Shown in pieces: positions 1-14,719 of a stretch of 64,000 nucleotides of DNA. A program made the translations under genes and the position numbers. The DNA is from Tubiluchus corallicola (Eukaryota; Animalia; Priapulida). The stretch is from assembly GCA_030141605.1 (NCBI GenBank), contig JAQGDQ010000012.1:620001-684000 (forward strand), in the 5' to 3' direction. Below the pieces are notes generated by a model. It did not search any database. It saw only the letters and a list, made by a program, of their open reading frames with translations, and had not been told where the DNA came from. The stretch's first letter is position 1, and each line of letters opens with the position of its first letter.

Positions 1-745
1 GTATTCTTGGCGAATGCAGGTTAGCCTGTTGAATGAATATTAAAAATTATAATGAACAAAAGTAAGAGGCTGGCAAAGATCGCTGTACTTAACACTTGTT
101 TTTGATACCATGGAGTTTGGCTGACATTTGGAAAAAAGGAGGTCATGACCAACAATGACAAAAATGTATTTTTATTAAATTTGCAGTTAGAAATGAAAAG
201 ATCTTCATACAAAGTAGGCCCTAGGGAGGTCCTTTTGCAGTGTATACACATACAGGACTGTGTCTATATTAATGAAATTTGGCAAACTGTGTACCAACCT
301 ACATGTATATGAAACTCAAACCATCAATTCCAAGCTCATGATAATGTGGCTTCACAGTATTTGCCTTCGGTCGGCAGGCAGTCTAGTTAAACTTTTAATT
401 AAACCTCAAACTGCTATATAAAATTCAATTATCTGTTACAACCAAACTAATGATAGCGTGTAGCGTGTTTGAGTGTCCGCTTCCATACAATAAAAACAAT
501 AGTGCAAACTTGAGAGCACTACTGGTCAGATGAACTGGGTAACATGCAAAACAAAGAGAATATATATAAATATATAAATAATTCCCTTCTTTGAATAGTA
601 AACAATGTAGTTTTCCAACCTTTTTTCAAAGTATGTCATATATATGTTACAGGCAATGTGTAAAATTTAGACTTTGGATAAAATTCCTAGGCATTTCAGA
701 AGAAGTGAAATATTTTATTTTAACTGCAGTGTTTTCAAAATTTTA

Positions 746-808
746 CCTAGACATTTTGTATAATAGCCAGGACCTAGACATTATGTATGACAGCCAGGAC
801 CTATACTT
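746..808. repeat. 27-bp minisatellite, ~2.3 copies
   Basis: acctagacatt(t/a)tgtat(a/g)a(t/c)agccagg repeated. Confidence 0.7.
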
Positions 809-2557
809 ATTGCAAAGAGTGGCTTTGACAGATTATAAAATGAACATAATTCGTGCTACCTCTAACCTTGCCTAGATTTTTTGTACAATACCCAGAACAA
901 TCTAGTAGTAATGTATTAAACTAAGCAAGGAGCTCAAGTAAATAGGTGAGTTAATTGTTTTACTGGTATCCTAAAAAACTTTTATAGAAAATAAAAATGA
1001 GTGACAGCAAGTAAATAATACAGAACTTAATTGACTTTAGAATAATTAAATGTTGCACAATCGATATACGCCTATCACAAATATGTCAAGCAGTTCACTT
1101 TCTAGCAGCATTAATTTTCCTTCTTGTATACACGGCATTATACGATTGCTTTTCTAAAGGTATTCACATGATTAAACAATTGCTGATATTTTTTGTCACT
1201 TAGAAAAAAGTGTTCATTGCTTTATTTGCCTGCTATTCAATGTAAAATCATTCTTTTTAAATCGTCATGTTTGAAGCAGAACTAGAATGAAAGTACTAAT
1301 GTCTTTGGATCTGGCACGTTCTTTTTCTCAGTTAATGAAATGGGGTCACAAAAAATTTATGTGAAGTGTTTACTGTTATCACGAAATCCGTTTTTTCGTA
1401 AAAATTTAGAATATGCATATTTGGAGCAGATCCATTCATATATTAGAATAAAAGAAACCCCAGCCATGCAACTGGTCAAATCCATTTAATGAGTACCATC
1501 ATTTAATGGCAATATTTGAGGGCCTTATTAGAAAACTGAAAAATTGGGCTCCGTTACGATCTGGGCAATGAGGAATAGCATCCTCTTGGAAAATTTCAGT
1601 CTCCTAAGGATATGACAGATTTCAAAGATAAATGTGACAACAATATCAAGAACAACATAACTAACTTTAAGGATACCATAATTTGTAGGGGATCCAAAAA
1701 CACAACACTTCTACAGCAGGCAGTAGCTGTGAATGAAACAACCAAGCAACCTAACCGTTTGCTTGAAATGTTAGTCACCTATTTTAACACACAAATTTGC
1801 AAGTACATACATAAAGCATGCCTTATTTCACACATTCTCTAGAACAAAATTGGCATTATATAAAATGCATAGGAAAATTTCATCAAAATAATTGATCATT
1901 TGTTTTACTTTCAAGTATATCCAAAACAAAAAAATTACGTGCTTTGCTTAATAAAACTTTTGCATTATATGCCTAGGAAAAGTCTAAAACAAATTATTTT
2001 AGACACTTTACTTGGTTTATTTTGGCACTAAATAAAATGTCTAGGCATTCTATAAAATACCCTGCCCGTTTCACACTTTGTCTGTAACATACACAATTGT
2101 TTTTTTATATAGATCTACACTCTGAGAAACTGGGACCCGAGCAGAGTCTATTATGCTTTATTAGATGATTGTCCAGTCCATTATTCTTTAGAATAATTCT
2201 TTAAGATCAGACACCAGAACCAGCATTTCTAAGTGTCTTTTCCACATTTTAATGGCATCTAAATCAACCTGCCCATAAAGAGGTGAACAATAATTTTCCT
2301 GAAATGGCAGTATGGTATATAAAACGGCCCAGAAGCAGTTTTCCTGGGTAATCACTCATTAACTTCAGTTGCGAAGCTGGTTGGAATTACTCAGCTATTG
2401 CCCCTGCACCAAGAAATTTGAGAATCATAAAATATTTTGATTTGACATTGAAAAGACAATTTCACCCGTAAAAAAGTATGAAATCACTTAATAATAATTA
2501 GGATATATAAACAGGTAGATATAAACTTGTATTCAATTTCACACAACAATCCGTTAC

Positions 2558-3313
2558 CTGAGTGACAGTAATCTTTAATTTCACTGAGCTAGGTTTAGAC
2601 ACGTCACCAACTCGGAACTTTGGTCCACGGTCCTTGGCAATAACTGTTAACTCATATAAATGCTTCTGAGCATAGTTAAGCGGATGGGTCACTGTCACAA
2701 CACCAGTAGTTGGGTGAATAGCAAAAGCAGTTGTCCATTCCTTGAAACTGTAGTATATTTCACCATTTATGCCAAGATCAGCATCCGATGCACGCACTTG
2801 GAATATGCTCTGATGAAGAGCCGTGTCCTCACTTATATGAACATTTCTGTCATCATCGTAAAAAACCGGATTCAAGTCATTCGAATCTAGCACCGTTACT
2901 ATGACTTTGGTCGTAGTTTCAAGGTCAAGCCTTGAACGAACCATTGCACGCACAGTCAGAACATATGTGTCTTTATATTCGCGATTCAGGACATCAAAAA
3001 TGCCAGTTCGAGTTCGAATCCTTAGAAAGCAAAAATCACCTATTGTCCGAGCCTCTGCTTTGAAAAACTTTTTGTCTTCTCTACCCTGCAGAATTTTGTA
3101 CTTCACATCCCATTTTTCATTTGCAAAATAAATGCCCATTTTTTCCATTGGCTCCACATATGTCTGGCCAATAGAATTCTCGTAAATTGTCACATGGTAC
3201 TCTTCTTGCGTGAACACAAACAAATTTGCATTTTCACTGCAAACTCGATGGACGACCGTTAGTAGAAAGATTGTCCAAATATGGCGCCATTTCAGGACAG
3301 ACGAAGACGCCAT
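2558..3313 (-). CDS. kug: Fat-like protocadherin (kugelei/Fat2, FAT1-3 group), first coding exon; gene continues beyond the left window edge
   Basis: Signal peptide followed by cadherin repeats with typical motifs (YHVTIYENS, GDFCFLRIRTRTG..LNRE, DSNDLNP, ASDADLGINGEIYY, HPTTGVV, AKDRG). Acceptor TTTTGAATAG| at 3332, phase-0 donor CAG|GTAACG at 2557; 756 nt = 252 codons. Confidence 0.9.
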
Positions 3314-6300
3314 CTTGTATTGTTAGTGCACCTATTCAAAATAAAAAGTTAAAACATCATTTTATCATTTTAAGGCTAATTATGTTGTCTGCTTTCTGAA
3401 ACATCAGTTGGTTCTCACTCTCTTAACAATTATAACACGTTAAAAACAATACTGTGCAAAATTAGAAGGCGTTCAGTTCTCAAGTGTAGGACATCAACTA
3501 AGTAAAATCATATTTCCTCCGTATCAATCTAATACCCCTAGATCTAATTGTGTTTATGTTTCTTTTCGTACACTTTTTATGTAGTACTACTTTATAAATT
3601 TAAAATGTTACAACTAATTCTCCAATTAATTTATCCAGGTTTCAAATACTCAAAATGATAACGATACTGTGCAAATAAGCAAAATTTAGAACAGAAAGCA
3701 TAGTTTTAACAGAAATCTCACAAAGCAAATGTACTAGAAAACATGCAATCTGTCTGCACGTGAATCTCTAATGACAAGTGAGATAGTTTAGAAGTCTTAA
3801 AACATTCATACACGTTTTGGCTAACCTTCACCAATAGCAGTCCTTATGAACCACAGAGCGTAAATTTTAACTCCTACACAGGCTACTCACGGATACTTAA
3901 AATTTACCAATAGCTGCCAAAAGAACTGTCTGCATCTAACCTCTTCACTTCAGGTAGCTACAGTGGGATCACTTGCAACCACTTTTCCTGGCAGAGGGGT
4001 CTAAATAAACACCCATCTAAAGCTAACAACGGTTTCTGGGAACACCTGCGAGAACAGAACCAGTTTGGATCAAGAAAACAACAGAGAGAGAGTAATGTCA
4101 ATAGCATAAACCATGCAATGCCAATGATGAAATGCAAGTTCAGTCAGTGAACAAGCAACATGACATTGACTTCGCACTGGATTAACATCCAGGTATATTG
4201 TCGAGTTAAGGATGTAGGTTTTGTTGCCATGCTTGAGGCCGTCTATTTCGAATTTAAGTACCAGAATGAATAGCAGGGCACCAAAATGTGACAACGAAAA
4301 TGCGATCACCCGACCGCAAGTTTGCAAGAAGACTACGTTTTTATATTCTGCAATGTTCATTGATCTAGAGATAGATCAAGAGATATTGATCTAAACAATT
4401 TCACCAGTCAGAAGGACAAGCGGTGACCGTTGCTCCAGGTAAAATCATCGATCAGTAGCAAAGATTTAATGTAAACAAGCGGAAATGGAAGTGAGACGAC
4501 GATCAAACAAAAACGAGTCATATTATCAATGATTCGATATCGTAGCATCAAATGAATGGGGAAGTTACACATGTATAAGGTCATTAAATATTAATGCGCA
4601 CTGTGCATTATTTTACAATTTCTGAAAACATCCACAATCACTCGCCAAAACAATTTCAATATACTTCAACAGGGTCGGCAAGGTGATTTCTGTCTTAGAC
4701 ATGACCGTTTGTTGATAACAACATTCGGGCCTTTGTGATGGACCATTTCACCCCATTTTAATTGAACCTAGGGCGGCTAGGTTTCAAAGAACCAATAATC
4801 AATTCTCATCGAAAACAAGATTTTCGACCATTGCACATTTTAACTATTTTAACATTTTATGAAACCTACATAAAAAAACACCGGTAGGTGACTGAAGCCG
4901 ATTGTTTAGGTCTGTCTATCACAAATGTGGTGGCTCAGGTGTGGTTAACTAAATTGGCGAGTACAAAAATTATACGCTTCTTTCAAAATCAAACCGAAGA
5001 ATTTTTTGTGGAGCCACAGGTCTTACAAAATTCAGTGGTCAAAAATTATTTTCCTGATGGCTGTGGTGAGGAGGTTAATGGGCTCTGGGAGCTCAAGTTG
5101 AATTTGAGTGCGCTTCAAACAAAGATGCTAAAATGCAATGAGCTCTACTGTGAAATAATTCGTAACATGCCAAACATATTTTTATAGTTTATAATACCTA
5201 ATATAGTGGCAATTTACAGGCCATGCTGGATTTCGTCGGTGTTGTTACCACCATCATCACAATTACCGTCACTTCATCACGGCAAAAGCAACCAACATCT
5301 ACCTTAGGAACAGCGGCTTGCACAGCAGACAAAGACAGTACAGTGAAGTGCACAAAAAGCCGACGGCCAAGGTTTGGTTACCGCTGTAAAGCTATTAGAC
5401 TGAAACTAACATGGATAAATTTCAAATTTGCCCCGAGGCAAAAACTTAAACGCTCCCGTTGAGTACCTACCAACGAAGATGAACTAATCCTGGGCAAAAG
5501 TGAGCCGATGGGACCAAAAGATATTGCTAGAAAGTTGTATTAAGCGCAGACACAGTCATGGTTTAGATAGTTTAGCATAGACACAGCTTAGCATGATCAT
5601 TCAATTTTTTTATTTAACAAAAAAACGACAGTCATATACGAGATCAACAACTTGGCCCTTATTCCGCATGGTGGATGATCCAACAACAAGTTATTAATGT
5701 CAGATAAAGACAAAAAGGGGAGCGTATAATTAAACTGGAAGCAGAGATAATATGAAAGATAATTATTGGCAACCAATATATCAAAATCAAAGCACATAGG
5801 CTTAAAAACAAATCAAAACACGCATAAAGAGCTGCACACTCAATTTCTAATAAGTTGTTAAACTGAACATAATTTAGTCAGTCACAGTATCAGCATTCAT
5901 CACTGTTCAGACAATCAACTTCCAACAACTGAAATCTTACTAGAATATACTTATCCCTGCATGGTATTTACAATTTACAGGTGACTTGATGTATTTGCAA
6001 ACTTGGCAAAATCGCTGTCTGTACTGATGTTACAGTATCTAGGTCAGAATCACAAAATAAGTTACTATTGATTAGCGTAGGATGGTCTAGGTCAGGGAGG
6101 CGTGTCGGTAGATTCTAGATTTTACCACCACAGCAACCACAGGTTGGCGTGGCCCATGGGAATAAACTAGTGGCAAATAATATCAGTTAGTCGTAAATCA
6201 TGGCTTATAAAGATAAGCGGTGCGTCATCGGCTAAGAATTTAACCCTTGCTCCCTACAGGTATACTAAATCAAATGCTGTAGCGCCGTATTACAAGCGCA

Positions 6301-8855
6301 GTACCTTTTAAATAATAAAATTCCACAAAAGCTGCAAGTTTCCACTTTTTCTACCGAAAAAAAGATTTGCAGTTAGAAAATACTAAATGCCCTTCAATTA
6401 GAAATTCTACTAAACACTCCAATTCACTTAACGCAAGCTATATATAGCTCATTTTAACTTAAACGAGCCAAAAAGTGATTTGTGATACTCGATCAGGATC
6501 GCCTGTATTTATTTGGTTAAGACAAAAATCACAAAACTGTTCAACACACAGTAGGAAAAAGATACGCCACAATGTCTCTCAGCTCACAAAATAATATAAC
6601 TTCAATTTCTACAGTTTCTGCCAAGAAGCAACCTGACTGTATAGGGTATTTTATCACAGAAGTTCAACATGCATAGTCTTATAGCTTGCGTATTGGTTTT
6701 GTTTGTGCTGCCAATGAAGACTGTGTTGACATTCGTATGATTCCATTCGTATCTTGTGTATATAGAACTAATTGATTACTGCACACAGCGTCGCAATATT
6801 GGCACTTTGAAGTGCAGTGGTCTTTGTTTGCTCTGTCAGTACCAGGGTGTGACGCAGAGTGCTGATACGGATCTTCTAGAACTTACGAAGTCCTATACGA
6901 GACTAGCAAACTTCAAAAACATTAAAACCTTTCGGAAATTTTGCTTACTACAATGAAAGTTACTCTATGCATGCAATGTACGTTACACACAGGGATAACA
7001 CAACTTGGTAAGTCTGCTGACACAAATGTTCGGTCTCTCCTTTATCCCACGCCTCGACTAGCTTGAAACACAACTCCTCAGGATAATACAAACACAATCC
7101 TACAGTACTTGCTAGACGGTTTATATCAGATCTATTTCGATTAGAAATAATCCGGCGTAGACAAACCCAAGGGATATTGTAGGCCCTTTTGCCAAACACA
7201 CAACATACACCAGTAAGTAACCTTGACATTTTGGGTTCGGAACATGGTGAGACGCCAAGGTCATGAAAACGGGCAATGGATACTGGGCACCGAATATTCG
7301 GATATTGAGAAATGTTAAATAAGCAAACTTATCCATTTAGTTTTAGCATTAAACTTGAATCGTAAGAACAGCCCACACCTTCCACAATGATTTTCATTGG
7401 CTTAGATAGTTCACTTCCCATTCAGTTTTACTGATCACTAAAAACTAGTAACAATGTTAATGTACAACCAAATTTACAGAAATAATATGTGGACCGTATC
7501 AAAGTATTCACAGACCATCACACTGTCACTATAAAAAACTTCATCAGCGCAGAAAACATATTTTTGTATAATATAAAAATGGCATAAAAGACCATGTCTC
7601 AGTTTCAAAATTTTTATACTGGCTTTCGCTGTGACCCGATGTCAATATGTACCCTAAACTATACTACATAGGCATCAAAAATAGCTTGCTCAATGGCATT
7701 GTATGACTTTCTTCCGCGGATGCTAAATTTATAGACATATACTGTGTTGCTATAAATTCTTTGTCACATTTTCGTGTGGCTAAAATGAAACAGGCGATGA
7801 CATGATAATAATAAGTGACATTAACAAGAAATGTGGGGCCCATTAAAACGGAGCATTGAATAATATGAAAGCTACATAACGCTCTCGTTAGCATCATCCT
7901 TATCATCATTTCCATTATTTTGTATTATCACAGTTTTATAGTGAGTAATGCACACTCACTAGGCTCTTGAAAAATAGTTTCCACTAAGTTAATTATTGTT
8001 AATAATTAATAAATTAAAAAAATATTTAAATTTTGAACACAACAGCAAGATTTAATGAACAATGACTTAAGTAACTGTTAAGAAAAATACACTTTGTGCA
8101 TAAGCTCCAAACCTATCTCTGCAGTTCCAGTTTAGGTAAAATAGTAACTATGTAATTCAATCACCGCCTTTAGCCGGGAACCAGCAATTACGCAATTACA
8201 AGTACAGCCCGGCAGGTAAAAGCTGTCTACCTACGTGACACATTTCTCAGAATATTCCCACGAGTGAGCAAACCCTATTAGCTGAACTAATATGGTCATA
8301 AACCAGATTGTGGAACGTATTGACGAGTACTTGTTCCTAGTTGTTGTGTAATTAATGCAAAAGCTCCTAAGACGCCTAGCTGATATGACACGCAATTCTT
8401 ATAATAGCGTAATAAGAACTAGTTTTACCCTAACGAGATAACCATTTATATTTGCAAACCAATAAATACGAAGAAATTTGAAAGCCTGTTTTCACAACCG
8501 TCGGTAACAGATAGTGAGCAGAAAATTTTTGGCTACATTTATTTATTTACAAATAACACAGTTTTTGCCATAAAGACTTTTGACCTGTGGAATCTTGTTT
8601 CCAGACATCTGGTAAAGCTCTGAGGGTCAACCTCTGCGGGGTGATGTACAGGGAAGTACATGAACCGGTTTGTGTCGCTTACACGTGGAATACACATGGA
8701 TAATGTTAACCGCTGGTAGCCATTAACTACAGGGAAGTTGAGATTTTTCAAGTTGTGCAGATGTGAAAAATGCTGCAATAGATACAAATCCTACACAACA
8801 TGAGAACTCTCGTGCGTTTGTGCGCGATTAGTCATTTCGTGGGGTCAGTATTTAG

Positions 8856-9049
8856 AACTTAGACAAATGTGTCTGCATTTTTATATGTAAAAATTACTCA
8901 CAATAAATTTTAAGTTTTCCCTACTGAAATAAGTCATCAAATCATAACCGTCAACTTAGACAAATGTGTCTGCATTTTTATATGTAAAAATTAATCACAA
9001 TAAATTTTAAGTTTTCCCTACTGAAATAACTCATCAAATCATAACCGTC
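8856..9049. repeat. 97-bp direct tandem duplication (2 copies)
   Basis: aacttagacaaatgtgtctgc...cataaccgtc starts at 8856 and again at 8953; 2 mismatches seen. Confidence 0.95.
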
Positions 9050-12000
9050 AGCTAACTCGTGTCCAGGCACACCACCAAGCATTACCTCGCTTGGCAATTA
9101 TAGTTGGCCCTCACTCTGCCTGCCATTGCAAATGTAGTGACAGCTCAATTAGCAGTCTAATGGGTTTTTTTATATTATCATTTTAATAATTACAGAAATG
9201 TAAAACTTAAACACAACGCGTAATACCCAACAGTCACAGGGAACAATCTACCACCTTTCAAGACACATATTAACGTGTTGCGGGTAACACTTGACGCCGT
9301 TCGATGAATTTAAAAAGAACATAAACATTGCAAAAATAAGCTATTTGATATTTTTGCTAATTCAAATTACTCCTACAGACTGGCTATTAGCACATAATGC
9401 AATAACTATAACACAAACTGTTTTTATTGATTTCAAAGTGTCGCATTTTGAGAACTTAGCACCCATTATATTCTTGAGTTTTATTTTCAGATCGTAACAG
9501 CGCAAATGTCTCGGCTGCTTCCTCTCACTGGAGTTACATACCAAAAACTACAACCATTCTTTGAGCATGATAATAATGTATCCATAAATCTTGAACGAAG
9601 GCCACAAACATCATTTGCGTAATATTAAAGCAATTATTTTAACCTGCTTGGTAATAAACCAAATATGTAACATAAAAGAGCTCATGTCATCTAGTGCAGC
9701 TATCATATCATTCTTCCATCATCGGTTAGTCAAACCCGAACCAACCGTTAGGGGCATATCCACAAAGTCGAGCAAAAGCCGTATATAAGAGTCGTTATAC
9801 TAGGAAAATTCTGCAAAACTGCGGCAAAATTGGCATAATAATGAGCAAGGCCACACATAGAATTGCCAGTAATATACGTAATGAGAACTCAACCATTACA
9901 CGACAATATATTAAAGAGATGACACCAAGGTGAAATCATACTAAAATCAAATTGTAATTAGGTGGCATAATAGTGACAAATGTCTTATACCGCGGCTTAT
10001 TTTGTAGGTTTTTACAAGACAATATGCCAACCAGCTATGTTTTACTAGGAATTCAATTTCTGATGAAAGCAGCAATTCGCAATTCGTTAAATGGTATCGT
10101 TAAAAGCTTTGATACGATAAAATTGCACCCACTTAATGATATAACAATTACCTTTTATACTTTTCCCAACAAAAAATAAAATTTTGAAATTAGAATGAAA
10201 GAAATGAAAGCTAAATTAACATTTTACGAGATTTACGCAAATTACCTGAACTAGTGAAAGGAGGTACATGGATATTATTAATATTAACACTAAGTTTTAA
10301 TCAATTATTACAAGTTCTGTTTTTAAAGTTAATTAACCCGAAAAGAGATTGAGCTCACAATTGGTGCTTGGCAGTCCGTTTCATTTAATGATTTTTGCTG
10401 CACATATAATTATTGAAACGAAGAGTAATTCAGTTTACGACTTTAAACCTTCCTAAGGGATTGGGTTATTGTTCGTCCATATAACGGCGTGACAATTTAG
10501 TCATACAAAAAATACGCAAATGTTCGTGCGGAGAATGCATGTAGATAACAAACAACAATTAAAGTCATCGACCATAGAGCCCAATAAAACTACAACCGTT
10601 TTGGGCTCGGCCTCTAGTGAGTTACAGCTTTAGTGAGCACCAACCACCAGCAACATTGAACAACACATAGTGTATATATATTCCAAATCAACATAAAATG
10701 TCAACAGTCACCCTACACAGAGAAAACCATAAATCGACGCGAAAACTGGCCACCAGCATACGAACAAAGGGAAATAAGGTCCTTGTGTGTTACCACAAGG
10801 TTGGGTAATTAAAGGCAAATTATAAGCACAACGGGTACCATAATGGCAAATGGCAATCAATATCAGTGAATGAAAATGTGCTAGATAGGACTGCCGACTG
10901 CCACTTGTGATTAAACTAAAATCCGCAGCTTCTCATTAGATTAAATGTAACTTTTTAGAACACAACACTGATTTCTACTTCACTAGTAATGGTGTAAACT
11001 ATTTACAAAATGTCAGGAATGGCCTTGACTTCGACTAAAGATTTGTCCATCCAAAAGAAAATTTTCTGTTTGATTTATATACAAAAATGATGCCGTTCAC
11101 AAATTTTCTTAACTCAAGTTTTCTAGGATGTTGAAGGACAGTAATTTCGTATACATCTGTTTGTTGCTGAATAAAAAAAAACCACAATTAAAAAACAAGA
11201 AAAAAGAAAAAATTTCTAATCGCGAGATTTTTTATTCATGTAATGTAATATATTTCTTATTTCTTTATATTATCACTATTCTTGTTACTAAGAATCAATA
11301 TGTGTTACTTACTCAAAAATATTGTTATTACTGTCTATGTTTACTATTTAGTTTATAATAACTACCAGTACACTTCGAAGGAATCAAAGTTTATTTATCT
11401 GAATGGAACAAGTACAGCAGACACCTTTTTTCATACCTAGCAGCAATTCTTAAGCGACAGTAAGCCCACGAAAAGCGTTCTGGAGCAGCTTCTGCATAAC
11501 CAACCACAATAGTATTATTGTTGTCTATCAGGCTTGCAAATCTTGCAAGGTACAGCAAGTAACAGAGCGCAGCAAGTCAGCAACCCTTGTCGTGAATTCG
11601 CTCTCCCAGCTTTCCTCGCGTGGTAAAAGGGTCAATTCTTTTCTTAACTCACGTTTTCTCAGACTGCAGAGCAAACAGCAAAAAGACGTCTGTAATTTGA
11701 TTTTAGAAAGCGAGAAAAAACTCATCATGTTTGTTATTGGGCGGGTGAGCCTGAGCCATGGAGTTGTAAATGCGTTAATATCAAACGACAAATACTGTGG
11801 CTGGGTTAAAAACTCCACGCTGCTCACGTGACGACGCCTGGAATGTGTGTCTGTGTTTGTATGATACAGCAGCCTCAGAAAACGCATGTACCGATCACGC
11901 CATTATTATTATGTACCTGCCTGTTTACAGACTGTAGCTGCAATAATGCTGTTTGCCCCTAGTTGCCTCTTTCAGTACGAGCATCGTAATCAAGTCGCTT

Positions 12001-12726
12001 CTGTTGCTGTTAATATGAATCGAACCTGTATACAGCGCAAAAAATCGCAATACTAAGAAAATTACAACTGTGAGACATCCAACGAGACGATAATCAAACA
12101 ACGACTTTTAAAAATCACCAGAAAAAAATAATATAATATTCAATATAGGCTTTCTATCTTTTCAGAAAAGCTTACATATTACTTAGTTCGGTGATTAGAA
12201 GTTGTAAGTCAATCTACAAAAGCTGCTGGGAAAAGCTGTGCATATTTTCCCCGTACATAATTAAACCGATTATCTTCCTCTTACAGAACGTTTTAAGCAA
12301 CATCAAGACAGTATCAAAAATGACAAATTAAACAACAGCACCAGATTAGTCATCTTGTACTCCTACACAATACAAGGCACATGCTACATACATGTATTGC
12401 TGTGCGAGCATTTCATATTGCAAAAGAAAAAACAAAAAACAAGGTAAATCGTACCCGACAACAGCTGCACTAAGTCTTGTTAACCCCAAACTTATTTCCA
12501 GTTTTAACGTCTGCAAAAGTCTAGCACTGCAAATTATTTCATCTAAATTTAACAATACATTTTACACCGACTATTAAAATTTCTTCAGAAAACTAACTGT
12601 CGCGGTTCAAAAAACAACAACTATTAAACCACTAAACACTCATCAAATTAACATCAACCGTATTCTACTCGGCGACAGTCTCGGTCAACCAAAATACTAC
12701 ATAGCGCGACCACAGCTTCTGTTTAC

Positions 12727-12800
12727 CTTGTATTTCCAGACGAAACAAACCGAACGAAACAACTGAAATATGCTAACTGCTGCCGCCATCTATGAGCAGT
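12727..12800 (-). promoter_or_regulatory. Candidate promoter / 5' non-coding exon of the Fat-like gene
   Basis: Minus-strand TAGATGGCGGCA (CTCF/YY1-like) followed by a donor-like AAG|GTAAAC at ~12726. The coding exon at 3331 begins with an acceptor, so an upstream exon must exist. The assignment to this site is inference. Confidence 0.3.
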
Positions 12801-14719
12801 TTACTACTACTAGAGAAATCATTATGTTTCTCTGCTCTACAGTTATTATTATTTTTTTTAATTCTCAAAAATCTCACTTCAAAGAATTTAAATTCTGAGT
12901 GTGCTTCCACTGCCTTCTACTGCTATGCTTAAATTGAAAAAGTACAAAAGTCATTATACAATTTTTTTGCAGATTATAATAATTATGTAATCCGGTCAGT
13001 CATTTACAAAGTATAGAATGAATATACAGTACAGAAACTGCAAAACGTACAAAATATCAACCAAAACAGCAGATATTCAGCAGATCAATTCTTTTTCTAG
13101 CAAACAGGCAGCTGTTAAATAAAACATAACTTACGAGTGAAACTGCTTGCAGTGTGTTACCAGAAAAGCGAGAAATTTATGAAAAAAAACTTATTTCCTG
13201 GGGTGTACTGCAATAAGCAGAAAATCAAAATCAAAATTATGCTCAACGACAAGTTAAGGTAGGCGATGACTAAACTGCGGTCTGGTCAAGTGGTCTAATG
13301 GCTAAGGTTGCAAAAATTAATACCGGGTAATAGTACAAAATAATTTGTTACATCAAAGTATTGCTGAAACAATAAAGAATCTATAAAGAAATTAAACATG
13401 AGCTGAACCCTTCGTAAACAAAATTAAAACCCGCTAAATTACAAAGGCACAAAGCCTCAAACGTCGTCGTCATCTAGTATGCAATTACTTTATGGTATGC
13501 ATGCACTAATAAAGTAACAAAAATGGCGTTTGGAAGCCAAGAGCACATGACCACTGACCAAATTTTCTAGGCAATGTACGCGATATTTAGAATAACTCAA
13601 AAACCACACTTCCTAAAGTCACTAAACTTGCAGGGTTAGACACCCGAGATAGGTGGTTTGAAGACCATTGACCTCGGATGAAAGGGTCAAGAACACTGTA
13701 TTATTGTCAAGGCCGATTATCATTCAACCCGTCCTAGGGCTTTGAGTTAAATTCAAATTTTTTTTCACAGGTCTTGTAGGGTAGACCGTACATGTGCATC
13801 GAGTATATTTTAATAATTGGGGTGTGGGAAAGTTCTGAATTAGAAGACAAAATGTGAAAATGAAGACAAAATGGTGCTGTTGCTCAGTTCCTTTTACAGT
13901 ATTGTACTATGGGTACCAGCTAGGTGTAGTGTACGTAACTGGGGCAAAAGTTTGTGTTGAAATTGGGTGTCGAAATTGAAACTTAGAAAGTAAGCAAGCT
14001 GAAGTCACCCGAAAGTTGCAGGTTATTGCCTGGGTCAAACGGTCAAGGACAGCAGGCAGCTATTTGTCTTTCGATAGGGTTTGTCTCGTCCCACAGTTTT
14101 TGAACTAGGACTAGAATTTTTGCATATGTGTAGGTGGTACTGAGTTCTTGGACGAAGCTAACTAACGTGAGCCAATTAACGTCATGGGCCAAAATGTCAC
14201 AACTTCTGACTCATCAAAACGAAAGCAATTCGCAATCAAGCACTGTGAATTCACTAAAGACAATACAGACTTTGGACTTTCAGATTCCTGACCCACGGGT
14301 TACAGGTCCAAAGTGCTAAATCTCATTAGGACACGTTCTAATTTGATTAAGAAAATACAATTTTTAAGTCATCAAGCACTGCAAATTTACCATAACCGAA
14401 ACTATGATCTTGAGCTAGGTTGAGGGAGGGGTGAAACTGCCAAAATGAGCACTTCTTCATGCGTTCGTTTTTCCACAAAACTTGACTGGACGCCACGTAC
14501 AGAAGACATTCGTGCTGCACGTCGTAGGCATTTCAGAGGTAGGTTGTATCGATTTGGAAAGAGGATAGCTTGGCTACAGGATAGGGTAATTCCTTTTTAT
14601 AATCTCCACCAGGATAAACAATTACGAGTTATACTTCCAGGCTCCATTTTGAGAAATTCTCGCTTCGAACGCTGTGTAAACTGTGTAACACCGTCTATAA
14701 CTATTACATAGAGCATGTT

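Noticed and set aside
21-251. Short minus-strand ORF with a hydrophobic C-terminus
   Set aside because: Lies in the Fat intron with no cadherin motifs; hydrophobicity is expected from AT-rich DNA.
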